Source: Candidatus Kerfeldbacteria bacterium RIFCSPLOWO2_02_FULL_42_19 (lineage in GTDB: Bacteria > Patescibacteriota > Patescibacteriia > HO2-48-17). From it: a DNA stretch of 64,000 nt. The DNA is taken from positions 128,080 through 192,079 of the forward strand of contig MHKF01000012.1 of NCBI GenBank assembly GCA_001818315.1. The letters are read 5' to 3'. The first letter of the stretch is position 1; each line of letters opens with the position of its first letter. This document shows, piece after piece, positions 1 through 7,101 of this stretch. The notes beneath the pieces were generated by a model, which did no database searches, was not told the origin of the DNA, and was given only the letters and a program-made list of their open reading frames with translations. The position numbers were made by a program, and so were the translations under genes.

Positions 1-15
1 GGTGCGATTCCAGGA

Positions 16-399
16 TTGTATGGGGAGACTCCGGATGGTCGGTGGCTTGCGATCGATCCACCGGAAAATTGTGTTGCGGTGCAGCCCGCGTGGCAACTCT
101 GGTATCTGACAGCTGGCAGAATTCCGCGCGTTCGTCATATGGTCATTTTCGATGAACGCAACCGTGATCGTCTTCAGCAAGCAAAACGGCAATGTTTGGG
201 ATTTCCTCGGACGCAACTCCAGTATTTCAGTCACGGTTGGACTGAAAATGTTTTACAACCGCTATCACCGTTTCGAAATGCGGAGTCTGAAAAACAATTT
301 CCACCGCAATGGGTCGGGGAATTCGTCCTCGACCGTCTGGAGGAAATTAATCTACTCAAAACTCGTCCGCTGCAAAGACCTCTTCCAGACAATTTCTAA
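16..399 (+). CDS. hypothetical protein; no recognisable family
   Basis: 127-aa ORF near the window edge with no motif I recognise; the true start is uncertain. Confidence 0.3.
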   Translation: MYGETPDGRWLAIDPPENCVAVQPAWQLWYLTAGRIPRVRHMVIFDERNRDRLQQAKRQCLGFPRTQLQYFSHGWTENVLQPLSPFRNAESEKQFPPQWVGEFVLDRLEEINLLKTRPLQRPLPDNF

Positions 400-458
400 C
401 AACCGATTATTCTGCGTTCAGTCAGTGCGTAGGACAATTCCAAAATTTCCTTTCTTTT

Positions 459-480
459 CACCCTGAAATTTTTCAGGGTG
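459..480. terminator. GC-rich hairpin (caccctgaaa/tttcagggtg) followed by an A/T-rich stretch, downstream of the first ORF
   Basis: Perfect 10-nt inverted repeat seen directly in the sequence. Confidence 0.3.
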
Positions 481-490
481 AAAACGTTTT

Positions 491-501
491 TGTGATATAA
501 T
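491..501 (+). promoter_or_regulatory. Extended -10 promoter element TGaTATAAT upstream of the glutaredoxin-like gene
   Basis: The sequence tgtgatataat lies 32 nt upstream of ATG 533; the same TG-n-TATAgT element sits in front of dnaG. Confidence 0.35.
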
Positions 502-532
502 ACACGTGTATTTGATTTTTGTTTTTTTGTAT

Positions 533-781
533 ATGGCGAATGTTACGATCTACACAACTCCAACGTGCGCATACTGTAAAATGACCAAGTCATTTTTTAA
601 AGAACACAACGTTACGTATAAAGAAATTGATGTAGCATCAGATGCGAAAGCAGCTGAAGTAATGATTCAAAAATCGGGTCAAATGGGAGTTCCAGTTACT
701 GTTGTGGAAAAAGAAGGTAAGGCAGAATTGATTGTTGGTTTTGATCAGGACAAGTTGTCCACTGCACTTGGTATTTCTTAA
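533..781 (+). CDS. glutaredoxin-like / NrdH-like thiol-disulfide protein
   Basis: 82 aa with a TPTCAYC (CxxC) motif near the N-terminus and a thioredoxin-fold pattern (GVPVTVV); I chose the internal Met 533 because the 506 start would lie inside the promoter. Confidence 0.7.
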   Translation: MANVTIYTTPTCAYCKMTKSFFKEHNVTYKEIDVASDAKAAEVMIQKSGQMGVPVTVVEKEGKAELIVGFDQDKLSTALGIS

Positions 782-824
782 TGTTGTTTTGTGAGCTACA
801 AAGTTTCGTAATTTAGATTGAGTT

Positions 825-1865
825 ATGAACCCTATGAACGTATCGCATCCCTATGATCTTATTATTATTGGCGCTGGTCCTGGCGGATGTGCTGCAGCTG
901 TATATGCTGGTCGAAAACAACTGAAGACACTTGTGATTACCGAAAGTTTTGGCGGCCAATCTATTGTTTCGAACAGTATTGAAAATTGGATTGGCGAAAA
1001 GACTATCAGTGGCGTTGAGCTTGCGAAGAAGTTAGAAGCGCATGTACGGGCGCAGGAGACTGTGACGGTGAAAACTGGAGAGAAAGTTATTGTTGTGCGT
1101 GAAGTCGGGGACATGTGTATTTCGACACTTGATTGGAAAAAACTAAGTAGCGTCGCCGCTTCTGCGAACGCTGCTTGCGAATACGAAGTTACGACTGATA
1201 AAGGAGGGGTCTTTCGTGCGAAAGCTCTACTTGTAGCGTCTGGCGGTCGTCGCCGTCGGCTCGATGTGCTAGGTGAAGCGCAGTTTGATGGCAAGGGCGT
1301 TTCGTATTGTTCTACCTGCGATGCTCCATTATTTCGCGGGAAAGATGTTGCCGTTGTTGGCGGAGGCAATGCTGGATTAGAAGCTTGCGTTGATCTTTTT
1401 CCTTACGCAAAGAAAATTTATCTTTTAAATATTGGTGACAAACTTGGCGGCGATCCTATTACGCAGAAACAGGTGTTCGATTCGTCACGGGTGACTGTGA
1501 TACATCACGCGCAAACAATGGAAATTTTTGGTGAAACGCTTGTGACGGGATTGAAATATCAAGATACGGTATCAGGCGTGGAAAAGAAGCTTGCGGCGCA
1601 GGGAGTTTTTGTGGAGATTGGTTCGATACCGAATTCGGAGTTTGTAAAGGATCTTGTCCAGATGAACAAGTACAACGAAATTATTGTGGATCATAAAACG
1701 CTTGCGACTTCGCGTCCAGGAATTTTTGCGGCAGGCGATGTGACCGATGAAATTTATAAGCAAAATAATACTTCAGTCGGTGACGCTGTCTCTGCAACTC
1801 TGTCTGCGTACAACTATCTTTTGAATATTTCGAAACAGACTCCCGCGGCTCAAGAAACAGTTTGA
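825..1865 (+). CDS. thioredoxin reductase-like FAD/NAD(P) pyridine-nucleotide disulfide oxidoreductase, with a ~30-aa insertion
   Basis: GAGPGGCAAAVYAGRK FAD-binding motif, CSTCD redox-active disulfide, second GGGNAG Rossmann motif, and AAGDVTD near the C-terminus. Confidence 0.7.
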   Translation: MNPMNVSHPYDLIIIGAGPGGCAAAVYAGRKQLKTLVITESFGGQSIVSNSIENWIGEKTISGVELAKKLEAHVRAQETVTVKTGEKVIVVREVGDMCISTLDWKKLSSVAASANAACEYEVTTDKGGVFRAKALLVASGGRRRRLDVLGEAQFDGKGVSYCSTCDAPLFRGKDVAVVGGGNAGLEACVDLFPYAKKIYLLNIGDKLGGDPITQKQVFDSSRVTVIHHAQTMEIFGETLVTGLKYQDTVSGVEKKLAAQGVFVEIGSIPNSEFVKDLVQMNKYNEIIVDHKTLATSRPGIFAAGDVTDEIYKQNNTSVGDAVSATLSAYNYLLNISKQTPAAQETV

Positions 1866-1901
1866 TATCAGTGAGTTTGGTGAATAATGTTTTTATAGTG
1901 T

Positions 1902-2669
1902 ATGTTCAATACTCTCTTCATCCCAGCCTTTATCGCGGGTTTTGTGACGTTTTTCGCTCCTTGCACGTTTCCGCTGGTGCCAGGGTATTTAGCTTTTATG
2001 AGTGGCATTTCTGTACATGATCTTTCGCAGTCGCAGCGTCTGAGACGATTACGCTTTCGCGTCTTTACGAACGGCCTTTTTTACGTTTTCGGTTTTAGTG
2101 TCATTTTTATTCTCCTCGGAAGTCTTTTTGGCCTTGGCGGTGGAATTTTTATTCAGTATCGCATTTGGTTCGCACGTATTGGCGGACTCCTTGTGATTTT
2201 TTTTGGAATTCTCATGCTCGATGTGCTTCGCATTCCTTTGTTGCGATTTTTGGAAAAAGAAAAACGTTTGCACTTGCCTCTGTGGATTCATCCTGGTCAT
2301 CCGTTCAGTTCGTTTCTTTTTGGCGCTGTTTTTGCTTTGGGATGGACTCCGTGCATTGGGCCGATTCTTGGGACCATTCTTATTTTCGCTTCCAATAGAG
2401 CGACTCTTGCAGCCGGCGCAACTTTACTTGCGGTTTTTGCTCTTGGTCTTGCGGTGCCATTTTTGCTTCTTGCTCTGTTTTACGGAAGTTTTTTTCGATA
2501 TTTTCAAAAAATACGTCGATATGTGCGAATGATTTCGCGCGTTGGAGGCGCACTCTTGATATTTCTTGGCATCCTTATAGTGTCCGGGAATATGAGTACG
2601 TGGATTGCTTGGTTTTATCGTTTGTTTCGGTTTTTGGATCTCGAAAATCGATTGCTCGAGTTTCTCTAG
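1902..2669 (+). CDS. ccdA: cytochrome c-type biogenesis / disulfide-reductant transfer membrane protein CcdA (DsbD core)
   Basis: Six predicted TM segments; the FFAPCTFPLVPGYLAF and GWTPCIGPILG motifs carry the two conserved Cys typical of CcdA. Confidence 0.75.
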   Translation: MFNTLFIPAFIAGFVTFFAPCTFPLVPGYLAFMSGISVHDLSQSQRLRRLRFRVFTNGLFYVFGFSVIFILLGSLFGLGGGIFIQYRIWFARIGGLLVIFFGILMLDVLRIPLLRFLEKEKRLHLPLWIHPGHPFSSFLFGAVFALGWTPCIGPILGTILIFASNRATLAAGATLLAVFALGLAVPFLLLALFYGSFFRYFQKIRRYVRMISRVGGALLIFLGILIVSGNMSTWIAWFYRLFRFLDLENRLLEFL

Positions 2670-2730
2670 TTTTTGATTCCAAAGGAGTTTTATTATACAA
2701 TCAAAGCACTTTATTTTTCTTTTTCATCCT

Positions 2731-3699
2731 ATGATGCGCGATGCAGTGCTTTCGTTTCATACTCAATTTGCTTTCGAGCCTGTGATTAATAATAAAGAAG
2801 TACTCGGGTCGCATATAAAGTTTCTCTTTGCGGGAATGGGCGGATCCCATCTTGCAGCCGATATTCTTCGCGGCTGGGATCCATCACTCGATATGATTAT
2901 TTGGCATAACTACGGCCTTCCAGCGATTGCCGAAGAGGCTTTGCGTGCTCGATTGTTTATTGCAAATTCATATTCAGGCAATACCGAGGAAACGATTGAT
3001 GCGCTTACGCAGGCTTTGAAGATCGGGATGTCGTGTTGCGCAATTGCTGTTGGAGGTAAACTTTTGGAAATTGCACAACAGCGCGGTTTACCGTATATTC
3101 AACTTCCTGATACTGGTATTCAGCCTCGTTCAGCACTCGGATTTTCAATACAAGCGTTGTGCACACTCCTCGGTCTTACGGAAGCCGCTTGTGAAGCGCG
3201 AGCCCTTGCGGATACGCTTAAACCTCAGGAATTGGAATCTTTAGGACAGGCGCTTGCAGACAGGCTTCACGATAAAGTCCCGGTTATCTATAGTTCTTTC
3301 CGTAATCAGGCGGTTGCGTACAATTGGAAAATTAAATTCAATGAGACCGGGAAGATTCCCGCGTTTTACAATACATTGCCCGAGTTGAATCATAATGAAA
3401 TGACGGGATTTGATGTTCAAGAGGCGAGCCGGCATTTATCGGAGCGATTTTCTTTTTTATTTTTAAGCGATACTGAAGACGATCCACGCGTGCAAAGACG
3501 TATGAATGTGCTTGAAGGTTTGTATCGTGAACGTGGATTTCCCGTAGAGGTTCTGGAACTTTCCGGGCAGTCTCGGTTTTATAGAATGTTCGCTTCTCTC
3601 GTTGTTGCAGATTGGACAGCTCTTTCTGTCGCGGAAGGCTACGGATTGGAATCTGAGCAAGTTCCTATGGTAGAAGAATTCAAAAAATTAATGCGGTAA
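2731..3699 (+). CDS. SIS-domain bifunctional phosphoglucose/phosphomannose isomerase (archaeal-type PGI/PMI)
   Basis: AGMGGSHLAADIL motif and the SIS-domain pattern at a length of ~320 aa. Confidence 0.55.
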   Translation: MMRDAVLSFHTQFAFEPVINNKEVLGSHIKFLFAGMGGSHLAADILRGWDPSLDMIIWHNYGLPAIAEEALRARLFIANSYSGNTEETIDALTQALKIGMSCCAIAVGGKLLEIAQQRGLPYIQLPDTGIQPRSALGFSIQALCTLLGLTEAACEARALADTLKPQELESLGQALADRLHDKVPVIYSSFRNQAVAYNWKIKFNETGKIPAFYNTLPELNHNEMTGFDVQEASRHLSERFSFLFLSDTEDDPRVQRRMNVLEGLYRERGFPVEVLELSGQSRFYRMFASLVVADWTALSVAEGYGLESEQVPMVEEFKKLMR

Positions 3700-3702
3700 T
3701 GT

Positions 3703-4548
3703 ATGCATCTCCTTTTTGATATTGGCGGAACAAATATTCGGCTGGCGGTTTCACGTGGCGGTCAATCGTTTGAAACACCAGTGATGTTTTCAACCCCACA
3801 GGATTTTGATATCGCGATGCAGCTTTTGGAATCTGAGGCCCGCAAACTTTCTCGTGTCTCCGTCTCTTCTGACGCTGCTTTTGCTGGTGTTGCCGGCGGC
3901 GTTGCTGGTCCGCTTTTGGATCACGGTGCCATGCTTATGAATGCACCGAATCTGTCTTTGTGGAATCGCAAGCCTTTGAAGGCAACACTCATGCGGATCT
4001 TCAAGACTTCGAACGTACGTATAGAAAATGATACAGATGTCGTCGGGTTAGGAGAAGCACTTTTTGGTGCAGCAAAGGGTTTTGAGACGGTTTTGTATAT
4101 GACCGTCAGTACGGGTGTTGGTGGAGCGTTTGTAGATCGCGGTAAAATTTTTACTGCAAAATATAGCCCTGAACCCGGGCATCAGATTATTGATCCAACA
4201 GGCGCTTTGGCTCCTTCAGGTTCTTTGGAAGATTATATTTCTGGAACTGCTTTGCAGCGTCGTTTTGGAAAGTCCGCACGTGATATTCAGGATCCAAAAA
4301 TTTGGGAGGAGTGCGCGCGTTACCTTGCTTATGGGTTGCACAATTCTATTGTTCACTACGCGCCGGAGGTTGTTGTCCTTGGCGGCAGTCTCATTACGAA
4401 ACCCGATGCGATTCCTTTTGAGAGTGTTATGCAGCATTTGAAACGTATTATGCGTATTTTTCCAGAACTTCCACAGATTCGGAAAGCCACGTTAGGAGAT
4501 TTTGGCGGACTCTACGGTGCCTTGGCCTTGTGTGGACAGCGTGTGTAG
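3703..4548 (+). CDS. ROK-family sugar kinase (glucokinase-like)
   Basis: N-terminal LLFDIGGTNIRLAV ATPase motif; GVGGAF; ROK length. Confidence 0.65.
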   Translation: MHLLFDIGGTNIRLAVSRGGQSFETPVMFSTPQDFDIAMQLLESEARKLSRVSVSSDAAFAGVAGGVAGPLLDHGAMLMNAPNLSLWNRKPLKATLMRIFKTSNVRIENDTDVVGLGEALFGAAKGFETVLYMTVSTGVGGAFVDRGKIFTAKYSPEPGHQIIDPTGALAPSGSLEDYISGTALQRRFGKSARDIQDPKIWEECARYLAYGLHNSIVHYAPEVVVLGGSLITKPDAIPFESVMQHLKRIMRIFPELPQIRKATLGDFGGLYGALALCGQRV

Positions 4549-4566
4549 TTCTGTTGCTCTTTTTAT

Positions 4567-4746
4567 CTGCATTTAAGATAAGGCAGGGGAAGGATATATT
4601 TTTTCAAATGTGTTGTGATAAGTACTTCATCAAATAGAGAGGAAAGTGTGCACTATAGTAACTCTTTCAAATACAGATCGTTCATGTTTGGATATCACAG
4701 CTTTTGAAAAATTTATCCTTCCCCTGCCTTATCTTAAAGTTGCAGT
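4567..4746. repeat. Family-A element, copy 1: a ~110-nt conserved core flanked by a locus-specific perfect ~30-bp inverted repeat
   Basis: Arms ctgcatttaagataaggcaggggaaggata / tatccttcccctgccttatcttaaagttgcag; the core is shared with 24925-25090 (ttttttcaaatgYgttgtgat…atagagaggaaagtgtg…ttcatgtttggatatcacagcWtttgaaaaa). Confidence 0.6.
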
Positions 4747-4854
4747 ATTACAATGTGTTTACTTATCCACAGACGGCGCTCTATAGACAACTGTCACTGT
4801 CGACGCTATAGTGAAAAGATGAGCGTTCTCTCGTTTATTTCTTAACGAGATTTT

Positions 4855-5199
4855 ATGTCTCCAAAAAATACGCATGTTCCTCGTGCTGCATCAAAAAAGT
4901 CCAAAAATCATGAGCCAACGAATATGGACATTCTCCAGGCTATTAATGATTTTGCGACTCATGTCGAACATCGATTTCAGAGGCTTGAGAATCGGATAGC
5001 AAAAGTTGAAGCTACAATGGTCACAAAAGATTACTTAGATCAAAGGCTGTTCGATTTGAAAACAGATACTATGACAGTTGTACGTCGGGAAGATCAAAGA
5101 TTCACTACTCTTGTCGATGTCTTATATAACCGAAAAATTTTGACTTCGCAAGATGTGGAACACGTGATGTCAATTGAACCTTCTGCAAAAATTTCGTAG
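4855..5199 (+). CDS. hypothetical coiled-coil protein
   Basis: 114-aa ORF with a lysine-rich N-terminus and a heptad-like middle; no family recognised. Confidence 0.35.
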   Translation: MSPKNTHVPRAASKKSKNHEPTNMDILQAINDFATHVEHRFQRLENRIAKVEATMVTKDYLDQRLFDLKTDTMTVVRREDQRFTTLVDVLYNRKILTSQDVEHVMSIEPSAKIS

Positions 5200-5294
5200 A
5201 CTTTGAAACTATACATGGGATTTATGAAGTTGTATGAGTGTCATGATTACATTCGCTCAACTATTTTTACATTTTTATTATTATTTTTTCGCTT

Positions 5295-5912
5295 ATGAAA
5301 GGATGTTGCAATAATACTGGCCTTTGTTGCCAGACAGGATCCCTGCTGACTCCCTTTGTTGGGAAAATTTTGCCGGACGGAACATTTAAAGTGTATCACG
5401 CAGGTAAAGATAAAACGGTTTCCCTTCGAGAATTTTTGGGTAAATGGCTTGTTTTATTTTTCTACCCAGCTGATTTTACTTTTGTATGTCCGACAGAACT
5501 TGAAGATTTAGCCGAACATTATACAGAAATTCAAAAAGTTAGCGCTGAGGTTTTGAGTGTGAGTACGGATACTGTGTATGTCCATAAGGCATGGCATGAT
5601 ACTTCAAAAGCTATTCGTAAGGTGCGATTTCCAATGCTTGCAGATCCAGCCGGTGCATTATGTCGAATACTCGGGACATATATTGAAGATGAAGGTTTGT
5701 CCTTGCGAGCTTCTGTGATTGTCGATCCCGATGGCGTGATTAAAGCGTACGAACTTCATGATAATAGTATTGGCCGGAGTGCTGCGGAACTCTTACGTAA
5801 ATTACAAGCGGCAAAGTTTGTACGCGAACATGGGGGTGAAGTGTGTCCAGCCAATTGGAAACCGGGAGCCAAAACTTTAAAACCAGGCATGGATTTGGTT
5901 GGAAAAATTTAA
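5295..5912 (+). CDS. 2-Cys peroxiredoxin (AhpC/Prx1 family)
   Basis: FFYPADFTFVCPTELEDL peroxidatic-Cys motif and a C-terminal VCPANW resolving-Cys motif. Confidence 0.8.
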   Translation: MKGCCNNTGLCCQTGSLLTPFVGKILPDGTFKVYHAGKDKTVSLREFLGKWLVLFFYPADFTFVCPTELEDLAEHYTEIQKVSAEVLSVSTDTVYVHKAWHDTSKAIRKVRFPMLADPAGALCRILGTYIEDEGLSLRASVIVDPDGVIKAYELHDNSIGRSAAELLRKLQAAKFVREHGGEVCPANWKPGAKTLKPGMDLVGKI

Positions 5913-5981
5913 ATTCGATCTGTTCCGTTTTGAATGTATCAAAATACCTCGTTTTTTTGCGAGGTATTTTGTGCTTTATTT

Positions 5982-6569
5982 TTAGAATCGCCTGAATCTT
6001 TTTTCTACTTCTGTCCAGTTGATGGCTTCAAAAAAAGCGTCGATGTATTCAGCGCGCTTTGTGCTGTAATCGGTGATGTAGGCGTGTTCAAACACGTCCA
6101 TCACAAAGAGGGGTGTGCATCCAGCCAAATGTCCTATGTCGTGTTCATTCACCCAAGTATTGAAGAGTTTTTTATCATGGGGGTCGCAATAGAGAATGAC
6201 CCAGCCGATGCCGCGCATTACCCCGGAAGCTTTAAAATCCTTCATCCAGTTATCAAAATTTCCAAATGTTTTTGTAAGCCTCTCGTTTGTTTTGAGCGCG
6301 CTGTTTTTGTTTTGTTTTTCTTTACTGAGATTTTCAAAATAATATTCGTGAAGACGCATGCCGTTCCATTCCCAGCCAAAACGGCGTTTGAGTTCAGCGT
6401 ATTCTGGCGTTGCGCTTTTGCCTTCTTGTCGATATTTTTCAAGAGTTTCTAATAGGGTATTCGTATTTTTTACGTATCCTTCGTAGAGCCCAAAGTGGGT
6501 CGTCAGGAGCGTGTCACTGAACCCGGGGGTTCCGAGAAGATTTTGAAAATTTTTTGGTGCGTAGGTCAT
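5982..6569 (-). CDS. Fe/Mn superoxide dismutase-family protein (divergent)
   Basis: C-terminal DVFEHAYITDY (cf. the DVWEHAYY metal-ligand motif), GWVIL, WNVVNW-like INWTEV; N-terminal His ligands only partly conserved. Confidence 0.6.
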   Translation of the reverse strand: MTYAPKNFQNLLGTPGFSDTLLTTHFGLYEGYVKNTNTLLETLEKYRQEGKSATPEYAELKRRFGWEWNGMRLHEYYFENLSKEKQNKNSALKTNERLTKTFGNFDNWMKDFKASGVMRGIGWVILYCDPHDKKLFNTWVNEHDIGHLAGCTPLFVMDVFEHAYITDYSTKRAEYIDAFFEAINWTEVEKRFRRF

Positions 6570-7101
6570 AGGTTTGACTCTTTAAGAGAATTATTTGTGA
6601 AATTATGGCTCTTTATGGATAAGATGGAAGAGTTTTTTTATTGAAAGGAGGAATGTTTCGGATTGAGCCCCTCAAAAAGGCCCGATATATGGATTATTTC
6701 CTAAAGCAGAAGTTTTCGCAAGGGGCTAAAATATAACAACCCCGAAAAGCAAGTATTGCTTCTGGGGTTGTTCAAAAGGTCTCTATTTTTAATCCCTCTC
6801 CAAAATTTTCTGCTCAGCCTTGTGCGGCGGCAGAGTGGAGGGTCACAATCTTAGAGAGGGAATTGTACATGAAGGAAAGGTGGGATTTGAGTCGGCGGGA
6901 ATCTATATGAACTCTGCGTTTGCAAATTTTACAAACACAGAGAGAAAGTTTTAAGGTTGAGGTTTGACTTTGAGCCTTTCGAACGAGGACTCCGAAATCT
7001 CATCGCGTCGTACGCAGTAACTTCTTATGCAAGAAGTCCTTCGCTATACGAACTCCGATAAGAGTCGCGCCTAGTCGGGTACTCAAAATCATTCTCAAAT
7101 C

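Noticed and set aside
506-532. Upstream ATG 506 as the glutaredoxin start
   Set aside because: It lies within about 5 nt of the predicted -10 hexamer (496-501), so it would precede the likely transcription start. Met 533 gives a normal CxxC-near-N-terminus glutaredoxin.
851-1369. 172-aa minus-strand ORF, and others such as 1572-1763, 2049-2300, 7171-9868 (+ frames), 11255-11866 (-) and 25422-26317 (+)
   Set aside because: They lie entirely inside and antisense to well-supported genes (TrxR-like, CcdA, the large coiled-coil gene, dnaG, the sigma factor). Their composition is Pro/Arg/Ser-rich, which is typical of antisense shadows, and they have no motifs.
4567-4746. Hammerhead-ribozyme reading of the Family-A core (UGAUGA … GAAA on the reverse strand)
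   Set aside because: The two motifs are not separated by a credible stem II, and no stem I/III geometry or cleavage-site UH is in the right place. A generic structured-RNA or insertion hypothesis is kept instead.
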